A stretch of 27,997 nt of DNA, taken from the NCBI GenBank assembly GCA_004525885.1, contig SPBV01000001.1, positions 1 to 27,997 on the forward strand. The letters run 5' to 3'. The DNA is from Nitrosomonadales bacterium. Lineage in GTDB: Bacteria > Pseudomonadota > Gammaproteobacteria > Burkholderiales > Nitrosomonadaceae. Shown in pieces: positions 20,422 to 27,997 of the stretch. The first letter of the stretch is position 1; each line of letters starts with the position of its first letter. The notes under the pieces are model-generated. The model did no database searches. It had not been told where the DNA came from and saw only the letters and a list, made by a program, of their open reading frames with translations. The translations under genes were made by a program, and so were the position numbers.

Positions 20422-21661
20422 GCTGGGAATCCGGCAATAGTTGTCCGTCAAGAACTTCCACCGCAGGTAGCGGCAAAGTTCGAGCATCTGAATGATGACG
20501 CAAAAAATCTTCTACCTGCAGTTTATTTTCTTCAAAAAATACAGAACAGGTAACGTAAAGCAATTTACCATCTCTGGCTAGGGTCTGCCATAAGGCATTG
20601 AGAATTTTCTGCTGAATCGAGATAAATCGAATAAGATCGCTCGGGCGTCGCAGCCATTTGATATCAGGATGACGGCGCACTACCCCCGATGCAGAGCATG
20701 GTACGTCAGCTAAAATTCGATCAAACAGCTTGCCATCCCACCACTCTGGCAGGTTTGCTGCATCACCGCAGACAATACGATATTTCTTGAATGCAAGGCG
20801 CGCAAAATTTTGTGTCACGAGGGCAAGTCGTGTAGGGTCATTGTCAAGTGAAGTTAAATCCACATCTGCCAACTCTAAGAGATGTCCGCTTTTGCCACCA
20901 GGGGCGGCACAAGCATCCAGTATATGCATTCCATCATGCGCATCCAGAAACGGTGCAGCTAATTGCGCACCCGCATCCTGAACTGAAACCAATCCTTTGG
21001 AAAATCCAGGTAGCTTTTCTACAGTTACCGGTTGTTCAAGTATAAGGGCGTTGTTCCATATTATTCGTGCATTCATATCGTGATTATTTAGCTGATTTTG
21101 ATATTCTAACACTCCAATTTTGGTTTGATTGACCCGAAGTACCATTGATGGCCGCTGATTATTTGTTTCTAGTACCGCCTTATAGTTTTGGGGATATTGT
21201 GTACGAAGTTTGTCTATCCACCACTGTGGGTGGGAATATCTTCCCACCTCTTTTTCAGCTGTTGCTTTTAGCAGAGTTTCACGTTGTCGTATGAAGCCGC
21301 GCAATACTGCATTAATTAACCCCTTTACACCCCTGTCACGGTTTATGCTCAAGGACGCAGAAACGGCATGATCAACCACTGCATATGAAGAGGTCTTACT
21401 GTATTGTAGTTGATACAAGCCCACCAGCAATAAACAACGAAGGTCTTGTCTTCTCAGAGGTTTCTTTAGTAAAAGATCAAGCAACGTATCCAGTTGCCCG
21501 TAAAAGCGAAGCACGCCGTAACTTATATCCTGAATGGCTCCACGTTGCTGGTCAGAGAGAGCATAGTGAACGTGCCATGATTCCTTCAAAACAACAGTCA
21601 GGCTAGAGCCAGCTAGCACTTTACTCACTACATATGTTGCTATGAGCTGAGTTTCAATCAT
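20384..21661 (-). CDS. rsmB: 16S rRNA m5C967 methyltransferase RsmB (Sun/Fmu)
   Basis: NusB-like N-domain, VQDAGAQ, DACAAPGGK, DVPCSASG and YVTCS; ATGA overlap with fmt. Confidence 0.96.
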   Translation of the reverse strand: MIETQLIATYVVSKVLAGSSLTVVLKESWHVHYALSDQQRGAIQDISYGVLRFYGQLDTLLDLLLKKPLRRQDLRCLLLVGLYQLQYSKTSSYAVVDHAVSASLSINRDRGVKGLINAVLRGFIRQRETLLKATAEKEVGRYSHPQWWIDKLRTQYPQNYKAVLETNNQRPSMVLRVNQTKIGVLEYQNQLNNHDMNARIIWNNALILEQPVTVEKLPGFSKGLVSVQDAGAQLAAPFLDAHDGMHILDACAAPGGKSGHLLELADVDLTSLDNDPTRLALVTQNFARLAFKKYRIVCGDAANLPEWWDGKLFDRILADVPCSASGVVRRHPDIKWLRRPSDLIRFISIQQKILNALWQTLARDGKLLYVTCSVFFEENKLQVEDFLRHHSDARTLPLPAVEVLDGQLLPDSQHDGFFYTLLHKA

Positions 21662-22593
21662 CTTGATACTGTGAAGTAGTCACCAGGTTGCAATGAACGC
21701 CCAGCAAGAAATTCAGCTGCACTCAGTTTTTTCCCGCCTGGTTTTTGTACTACTTCCAGTACTAACGAACCCTTGCCGCACGCCACAACTATACCTTCTG
21801 GTCCAGTCGATAAAATTTCACCTGGATAGCCTATGGTGCCAGTAGTATGTCTTGCTTGAAATATTTTTAGAGGAAACCCGTGCACTTCAGAATGCGCGCC
21901 AGGATGGGGATTGAATGCGCGTACAGAATAACTAATTCTTTCCGCGCTCAACTGCCAGTTTATTTTTGCTTCCTTTTTATTCAGTTTTGGCGCGTAGCTC
22001 GCGATCTTTTCATTTTGTGGGGTTGCAACGAACTTCTCATTTGTTAAGAGTTTAAGTGCCTTTATGACACAATCTGCTCCCAGTATGGCAAGCTTATCGC
22101 ATAAAGTTTTAGTGTTATCATTATGTAGAATTGGAATACTTTGCTGCAGCAGTATATCGCCTGTATCGAGACCTTGATCCATTTGCATGATGGTAATGCC
22201 GGTTTCTTGTTCGCCGGCTAGGATTGCTCGTTGAATTGGTGCAGCCCCTCGCCAGCGTGGTAACAAAGAAGCATGGATATTTATACATCCAAGACGCGGG
22301 GTGTTCAAAATTGTTGTAGGCAAGATTAGTCCGTAAGCTGCAACTACCATTATATCTGCACCAACTGAATCTAACTGCACATGTGTCTCAGTTTGTTTTA
22401 ACGAGTGTGGTTGCAATAAGGCAAGTTTATATTCTTGTGCTAGTAATTTAACTGCACTAGCATTTAATTTCATACCGCGTCCAGCGGGACGATCAGGCTG
22501 CGTCAGTACAAGTGTAATCTCATGCCCCTTAGTTATTAATGCTTCAAGCGCATGCGCAGCAAACTGTGGTGTACCGGCAAAAATGATTTTCAT
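21658..22593 (-). CDS. fmt: Methionyl-tRNA formyltransferase
   Basis: FAGTP, TQPDRPAGRG, NIHASLLPRWRGAAPIQ and GLDTGD. Confidence 0.97.
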   Translation of the reverse strand: MKIIFAGTPQFAAHALEALITKGHEITLVLTQPDRPAGRGMKLNASAVKLLAQEYKLALLQPHSLKQTETHVQLDSVGADIMVVAAYGLILPTTILNTPRLGCINIHASLLPRWRGAAPIQRAILAGEQETGITIMQMDQGLDTGDILLQQSIPILHNDNTKTLCDKLAILGADCVIKALKLLTNEKFVATPQNEKIASYAPKLNKKEAKINWQLSAERISYSVRAFNPHPGAHSEVHGFPLKIFQARHTTGTIGYPGEILSTGPEGIVVACGKGSLVLEVVQKPGGKKLSAAEFLAGRSLQPGDYFTVSR

Positions 22594-22723
22594 GATTAGC
22601 TACTTTAGATATCAATAAGCATTTTGATTCGCGCCTGACATCTTCACAAGCCATAAATATATACACTTCATCATTAAAGTGGTTCAATACCCCATGGGAT
22701 ATATCCGCAAATAAAATTATCAG

Positions 22724-23227
22724 TCACGTCACGCTTCGTTGTTGTTTTTTTAATTTCCCTCGAATTCGCATTTGTTTTAGCTGCGATAGGTATTCAACGA
22801 ACACTTTACCTACTAAATGGTCCATTTCATGTTGAATGCAAACTGCCAGTAATCCATTAGCCTCAAGTATAAAAGGATCCCCATTAATATTCAGTGCCTT
22901 AACTGTAACGCACTCAGCGCGTCGTACTTTCCCAAATATTCCTGGCGTTGACAGACAGCCCTCTTCGCAATCAGACTCCCCGATAGCAGCGGTTATTTCT
23001 GGATTGATTAATACGTGCAGCAAGTCACGGGTATCAGACGTATCAATTACAATTACACATTGGTGAACATCTACCTGCGTTGCTGCTAAACCGATTCCAG
23101 GAGCAGCGTACATAGTCTCTGTCATGTTGTGTACCAAAGTACGAACCTCATCAGTTACTTCTGATACTTTTGCCGCAACCGTATGTAGCCGTTCATCGGG
23201 GTATTGCAATATCTTTAGAAGAGCCAT
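22724..23227 (-). CDS. def: Peptide deformylase
   Basis: [13 protein letters not shown] and QHEMDH motifs. Likely start ATG 23227 ([11 protein letters not shown]). Confidence 0.97.
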   Translation of the reverse strand: MALLKILQYPDERLHTVAAKVSEVTDEVRTLVHNMTETMYAAPGIGLAATQVDVHQCVIVIDTSDTRDLLHVLINPEITAAIGESDCEEGCLSTPGIFGKVRRAECVTVKALNINGDPFILEANGLLAVCIQHEMDHLVGKVFVEYLSQLKQMRIRGKLKKQQRSVT

Positions 23228-23349
23228 AAAAGCGCGTTTATTCAAAATTGCATATTTAATGAAATAAATACAGAATTTAAACCAAATTAACCTATTTTTT
23301 TTCTATAAATTGTCGATAAGTAACCCTATGTGTCATTTTATATTATTGC

Positions 23350-23370
23350 GCCCGAAGAATCGGGTTTTTT
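23350..23370 (+). terminator. Terminator-like hairpin in the 5' leader of the LysM gene
   Basis: CCCGA-AGAA-TCGGG (23351-23364, plus a flanking G-U pair) followed by T6 (23365-23370), 18 nt before the ATG at 23389. Confidence 0.4.
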
Positions 23371-23388
23371 CAGTGACCAAGGGATTCC

Positions 23389-24561
23389 ATGCATAATTCT
23401 ATTATATCTGTGATTTTGTTTGTGGGGTTGCTTTATGGCCCAATGGCTAATGCATCCGATATCGAGTTTCAGAGCAACGTACCTGATCGTTATGTTGTAG
23501 TTCCTGGCGATACACTTTGGGGCCTTTCTTCACGTTTTCTGAAAGACCCTTGGCGCTGGCCAGAAATCTGGGATTTAAATGAGGAGCAGATAAAGAATCC
23601 CCACAAAATTTACCCTGGAGATCTTATCCTATTAGAGAGAACTCCTGACGGAAATAAGTTGCGGATAATCAAGGGGGCCGTGGTAATGGAAAGATTGTCT
23701 CCTCATGTGCGAATGGAGAAGTCTGATACCGATGCCATTCCAAGCATTCCGGTTTCGGCAATCGAGCCTTTTCTGAGCCAGCCTTTGGTAATCGATAAAG
23801 ACGGTCTTGAAAGTGCGCCAATAGTTCTAGGAACTAGTGACAACCGTGTGTTATTAAGCAAGGGTGACCGAATTTATGCCAAAAATATGCCAACAGATCA
23901 AGGTCCATCGTGGCAAATCTTTCGTCCTGGAAAAGTTCTAATAGACCCTAATCCTGATAAAGGCGTCCTGTTGCCAGATACTCATTGGATAAATGAGTAT
24001 CTGATGCCCGAATCGTTCGGAGAGTATATGGGTGGAGGGTGGTTGTGGGAGGATAAAGGGGAGGTTTTGGGCTATGAAGCTATTTATTTGGGAGACGCAA
24101 AGGTAGAAAAATTCGATGAGATTAGTACCATTTCCATTGTCCGTTCTCCCCGGGAAATATTTAAGGGTGACCGGTTGGTTCCAGCGCCCCCTACGATGTT
24201 TATTAATTATGCGCCACATGCCCCAGACCAGGATATTAATGGACGCATCATTTCCGTCTATGGTGGTGTCACAGAAATTGGTAAAGGTTCTATTGTTGTT
24301 TTGAGCAAAGGCGCACAAGATGGATTGGAGATAGGTAATGTTCTGGCAGTCTATCGTAAGCATTTGTCTGAAACAGGCAATGACTCACTTAAAGTTAAAC
24401 GCGATTTTGAAATCCTATCATCCACAAGAGAGGTCGTAGTATTACCCGAAGAGCGCGCAGGACTAGTGTTTGTTTTTCGAGTATTTGAAAAGGTATCCTA
24501 TGCGCTGGTAATGCGAACTTCCCAACCAATTCGGATCTTTGATACAGTAAAAACCCCGTAG
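23389..24561 (+). CDS. LysM peptidoglycan-binding protein, TsaP-like (type IV pilus secretin-associated)
   Basis: Signal peptide, LysM (YVVVPGDTLWGLS...WPEIW...IKNPHKIYPGD), then LSPHVR, IPSIP, LGYEA and LPEER segments typical of the family encoded divergently from def and normally upstream of dprA. Confidence 0.85.
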   Translation: MHNSIISVILFVGLLYGPMANASDIEFQSNVPDRYVVVPGDTLWGLSSRFLKDPWRWPEIWDLNEEQIKNPHKIYPGDLILLERTPDGNKLRIIKGAVVMERLSPHVRMEKSDTDAIPSIPVSAIEPFLSQPLVIDKDGLESAPIVLGTSDNRVLLSKGDRIYAKNMPTDQGPSWQIFRPGKVLIDPNPDKGVLLPDTHWINEYLMPESFGEYMGGGWLWEDKGEVLGYEAIYLGDAKVEKFDEISTISIVRSPREIFKGDRLVPAPPTMFINYAPHAPDQDINGRIISVYGGVTEIGKGSIVVLSKGAQDGLEIGNVLAVYRKHLSETGNDSLKVKRDFEILSSTREVVVLPEERAGLVFVFRVFEKVSYALVMRTSQPIRIFDTVKTP

Positions 24562-24781
24562 AGTTTTTTTCAGACCATTAAGTCTTTTTATAATATTGGA
24601 TCTATTGTCGTCTCTAATATAGCTATTGGTCTATTCTTTATTGGGTTCCCATATGCTACTCAAGCAGAATTAAAAGATAAAAATAACTAAATTTTCCCCA
24701 CCTGAAGCGCTACTATCTATCCACACTGGATAAAGCTAGTAATACAAATACGTTAGGTTTGGATGACGTGTTGTCCACACG

Positions 24782-24923
24782 AGTCATGACTGCGGCACTG
24801 GAGATAATAGCGCGTTTTATTTCTGTAACCGCTTGACGGAAGAAACGGCATCCGCCATGCTTGTTATATAGGCGCGGATAAATGCGCGTGGCTAGTGCCC
24901 CTAATGCCTACAAGAAAATTTGA
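24782..24923 (+). pseudogene. dprA: Degraded C-terminal remnant of dprA (smf)
   Basis: One frame reads SHD...CNRLTEETASAMLVI* (24782-24871); after a frameshift another reads G*MRVASAPNAYKKI* (24876-24923). These resemble the DprA C-terminal winged helix (approximately LGHD...LCARSGLTAETVSAMLLTLELDGRVASLPGGLYQR). It lies where dprA is expected, between the LysM gene and topB. Recognised by eye; no alignment run. Confidence 0.5.
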
Positions 24924-25124
24924 AAGAATCCAAAATTTATTATTAAAATAAAAGAGACATTAATCGTATGTACTAAATTGAACCGCTGCTGAAAGTTTGA
25001 ATTATAAATAATTACAGCTCAATATTTTTATCTATATTTGGCTTTCAAACCATTTATTGCAGTAGTCGCCCGCCGTCATTTTAAAAGCAGCTGTTTGCAA
25101 TATGCAGGAATTTACAGGAACCTT

Positions 25125-27650
25125 ATGGGTAAAACCTTAATCATAGCTGAGAAGCCATCTGTTGCCACAGATATTGCGCGGGTACTAGGTGGCTTTGTTA
25201 AACACGCTGACTATTTTGAGAGTGAGAAATATGTTTTATCGTCGGCTATAGGCCACTTACTTGAACTTACGGTGTCAGAAAAATACGAAGCTAAACGTGG
25301 TAAATGGAGTTTTGCAAATCTACCTGTAATTCCGCCTCACTTTGATTTAAATCCCATTGAGAGAACTAAGTCTCGATTAAAACTTCTAACAAAACTCATT
25401 AAGCGAAAGGATATAGATAGTCTCATTAATGCCTGTGATGCAGGGCGCGAGGGAGAATTAATTTTCCAATACATTGTGCGTTATGTGGCAACAAAAAAAC
25501 CAATCATGCGTCTTTGGCTACAATCTATGACACCAGCTTCGATCAGAGATGGTTTTACAAAATTAATTGAGGACGACGCAATGCATGCGCTAGCTCAAGC
25601 TGCCATAAGTCGCTCTGAGGCTGACTGGCTGGTTGGCATTAACGGCACACGTGCGATGACAGCGTTTAATTCCCAGGAGGGCGGTTTTCATAAAACCACA
25701 GTGGGTCGAGTACAAACACCCACTTTAGCAATTTTGGTTGAACGGGAAGAAACAATTAAAAAATTTGTTCCGCGAAACTACTGGGAGATACATAGTACTT
25801 TTCATGCAATGGATGGTAACTATAATGGCCGTTGGTTTGATGAAAAATTCACAAAGAACAAAGAAGATGGAGAGCAAAAAGCTGAGCGTTCATGGGATCA
25901 AAAATATGCCGAGTCAATTCGCATAAAATGTCAGGGAAAATCAGGTGTAGTTAGTGAAACCAATAAACCTACAACAGAAATCTGCCCCCAACTTTACGAC
26001 CTTACTAGTTTGCAGCGAGATGCCAACGGACGATTTGGGTTTTCTGCTAAGTCAACTCTCGGATTAGCTCAAGCGCTATATGAAAAGCATAAAGTGCTGA
26101 CATATCCTCGCACTGACTCACGTGCGCTACCTGAGGACTATCTTTCAACGGTGAAAGATAGTCTGGGAACACTGGAAACTTCCCATTATGGTGAGTTTGC
26201 TAAACAGATTTTAAAAGCTGGATGGGTTAAGCCGAATAAACGTATTTTCAACAACTCTAAAATTTCAGATCATTTCGCAATTATTCCAACTTCACTTAAA
26301 CCTAAGGGACTAAATGATGCTGAAGAGAAACTTTATGATCTGGTAACCAAGCGCTTTTTGGCAATTTTCTACCCTGCTGCCGAGTTTCTCGTCACCACCC
26401 GAATCACTCGAGTTGAAAATGAGCCATTCAAAACCGAAGGTAAAGTAATGGTTAATCCTGGTTGGCAAATTGTCTATGGTAAGGAAGTGAAAGCTAATGT
26501 GTTTGATAAAGACTCAACTTTAGTTGCTGTAAAGCAGAATGAGTCAGTTCTTGCCGATGAGGTAAAGGTTATTGTAAATCAGACCCGACCACCAGCAAGA
26601 TTTAATGAAGCCACATTACTATCAGCTATGGAGAGTGCTGGTAAATTAGTGGATGATGAGGAACTGCGCGAGGCCATGAGTGCGAAAGGATTGGGCACTC
26701 CTGCTACTCGTGCTTCGGTTATCGAGGGGTTAGTCTTTGAAAATTACTTACAGCGTATGGGACGGGAATTGCATCCGACGGCTAAAGCTTTTTCTTTGAT
26801 TATCCTGCTTCGCGGATTGAAGGTACCGGAACTTACATCGCCAGAACTAACTGGTAATTGGGAATTTAAGCTGCGGCAAATTGAGCAGGGTAAGCTTGAA
26901 CGTAATTCTTTCATGAAAGAAATTGCTGACATGACTCGTTATATGGTTGAACAGGCGAAAAATCATCGAGGAGAAACTATAAGTGGGGATTTCTCTACAC
27001 TTAATTCACCCTGTCCTAAGTGTGGCGGTGTAATACAGGAGACTTACAAGAAATTCCAATGCAAGAAATGCGATTTTGCATTATGGAAAATTCTAGCGGG
27101 TAGGCAATTTGAGATAGCTGAAATGGAAGAACTGATTACTCAACATGAGGTTGGTCCGTTGCAAGGTTTTCGGAGCAAAATGGGGCGATTGTTTAATGCA
27201 AATATAAAGCTCACTGACGGGAATGAAATGAAATTTGATTTTGGTGAGAGTAACGACGAAAGTACGGAAGAAATAGATTTTTCTGGTCAAGAACCCCTAG
27301 GAAAGTGTCTCCGGTGTGATGGTCGGGTATTTGAGCATGGCATAAGTTATACTTGTGAAAAAGCTGTCGGCGCTGCTCGAACATGCGACTTCAGAACCGG
27401 AAAAATAATTCTCAAACGCCCAATCGAACGCGAGCAAGTTGTAAAGTTATTACATTTTGGGAAAACAGATTTACTTTCTAAGTTCATTTCCAAGAAAGGA
27501 AGGCCATTTTCAGCCTACCTAGTAGCTGGAGAGAATGGAAAAACAGGGTTTGAATTTGAGCCGAGACGAGCAAAGGTAGAGCCTAAAACTAAGGCAACGA
27601 AGCCCAAAACTAAGGCAGCTAAGCCCAAAACTAAATCATCACTTATCTAG
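25125..27650 (+). CDS. topB: DNA topoisomerase III (type IA) with C-terminal Zn-ribbon-like repeats and a basic tail
   Basis: IAEKPSVA, DAGREGE, GRVQTPT, catalytic LTYPRTDS and GLGTPATR; Cys pairs CPKC, CLRC. Start reassigned to ATG 25125 with an AGGA RBS. Confidence 0.94.
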   Translation: MGKTLIIAEKPSVATDIARVLGGFVKHADYFESEKYVLSSAIGHLLELTVSEKYEAKRGKWSFANLPVIPPHFDLNPIERTKSRLKLLTKLIKRKDIDSLINACDAGREGELIFQYIVRYVATKKPIMRLWLQSMTPASIRDGFTKLIEDDAMHALAQAAISRSEADWLVGINGTRAMTAFNSQEGGFHKTTVGRVQTPTLAILVEREETIKKFVPRNYWEIHSTFHAMDGNYNGRWFDEKFTKNKEDGEQKAERSWDQKYAESIRIKCQGKSGVVSETNKPTTEICPQLYDLTSLQRDANGRFGFSAKSTLGLAQALYEKHKVLTYPRTDSRALPEDYLSTVKDSLGTLETSHYGEFAKQILKAGWVKPNKRIFNNSKISDHFAIIPTSLKPKGLNDAEEKLYDLVTKRFLAIFYPAAEFLVTTRITRVENEPFKTEGKVMVNPGWQIVYGKEVKANVFDKDSTLVAVKQNESVLADEVKVIVNQTRPPARFNEATLLSAMESAGKLVDDEELREAMSAKGLGTPATRASVIEGLVFENYLQRMGRELHPTAKAFSLIILLRGLKVPELTSPELTGNWEFKLRQIEQGKLERNSFMKEIADMTRYMVEQAKNHRGETISGDFSTLNSPCPKCGGVIQETYKKFQCKKCDFALWKILAGRQFEIAEMEELITQHEVGPLQGFRSKMGRLFNANIKLTDGNEMKFDFGESNDESTEEIDFSGQEPLGKCLRCDGRVFEHGISYTCEKAVGAARTCDFRTGKIILKRPIEREQVVKLLHFGKTDLLSKFISKKGRPFSAYLVAGENGKTGFEFEPRRAKVEPKTKATKPKTKAAKPKTKSSLI
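27579..27641 (+). repeat. Three imperfect 21-bp in-frame tandem repeats encoding (E/K)PKTK(A/S)x in the TopB tail
   Basis: GAGCCTAAAACTAAGGCAACG / AAGCCCAAAACTAAGGCAGCT / AAGCCCAAAACTAAATCATCA. Confidence 0.9.
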
Positions 27651-27723
27651 CAATGAATTATTCGTTAAATAAAAATTTAATTTAATGGGCTACAGAGAAG
27701 TTTATCTTTCTTAAGTCATTAAA

Positions 27724-27772
27724 TCCAAATATCAATTTGGACTAGATTCAGTGTTGTTTCCAAGAAACAACA
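27724..27772. terminator. Two tandem AT-rich hairpins in the convergent gap after topB
   Basis: TCCAAAT-ATCA-ATTTGGA (27724-27741) and TGTTGTTTC-CAA-GAAACAACA (27752-27772); the second sits 4 nt past the stop of the minus-strand ORF. Confidence 0.3.
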
Positions 27773-27776
27773 TTAC

Positions 27777-27995
27777 CTACAATTGTGTGCCAAATATGTG
27801 AGGAAAGAAATATTTTAATATAGATCCCACGACCATGATCAACAGTATCAGACTTGTGATAATTGCTACTCCCTCTCCAATAGTCGATATTAGTGTTGAA
27901 CTAAGGCTTCCAAACTCAACCTCTCCGGATTTATTGCGCCTGCTGTCCTTGCGTTTTCTAACCCAAATATGAAGCCAGATAGCAATAGGGATAAG
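27777..27995 (-). CDS. 3' end of an unknown membrane protein (5' part outside the window)
   Basis: Not in the ORF track. 72 open codons from the edge: LIPIAIWLHIWVRKRKDSRRNKSGEVEFGSLSSTLISTIGEGVAIITSLILLIMVVGSILKYFFPHIFGTQL*. Pattern is the end of a TM helix, a basic loop, then a second TM helix. Confidence 0.55.
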   Translation of the reverse strand, partial: LIPIAIWLHIWVRKRKDSRRNKSGEVEFGSLSSTLISTIGEGVAIITSLILLIMVVGSILKYFFPHIFGTQL

Positions 27996-27997
27996 GA

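Noticed and set aside
24562-24690. 42 open codons in frame after the LysM gene's TAG, including a hydrophobic stretch (possible read-through anchor)
   Set aside because: The protein already ends at the family-typical ...V-x-T-P terminus, the frame has no ATG/GTG/TTG start, and no recoding signal is visible.
25038-25124. Longer N-termini given by the ORF track for topB (also tkt, gap, fba, def, IMPase, DUF4390)
   Set aside because: Downstream ATGs match the family N-termini, and most have a clear RBS or translational coupling; the extensions are non-homologous.

Overview
Mostly housekeeping window from a fairly AT-rich betaproteobacterium. Gene content and order look Nitrosomonadaceae/Nitrosospira-like; this is an inference, not a search result. 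Left to right: a rubredoxin-reductase-like flavoprotein running off the left edge (missed by the ORF track), a lone pilG, trkH-trkA, an inositol monophosphatase, a PRX-like thioredoxin-fold protein, rsmE, argA, yggX, the tkt-gap-pgk-pyk-fba carbon operon, the def-fmt-rsmB-DUF4390-ntrY-ntrX cluster, a LysM/TsaP-like gene, topB, and the 3' end of an unknown membrane protein at the right edge. I saw no rRNA, tRNA, CRISPR array or mobile element. I cannot support a wholly new multi-gene system. The most interesting signals are: (1) apparent erosion of type IV pilus/competence functions (a frameshifted dprA C-terminal remnant where dprA-smg normally sit, pilG without pilH/I/J/chpA, and a TsaP-like protein with a ~32-aa repeat-flanked insertion and a terminator-like leader hairpin); (2) an ArgA carrying residues matching E. 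coli arginine-feedback-resistant alleles; (3) substitutions at near-invariant positions of core enzymes.
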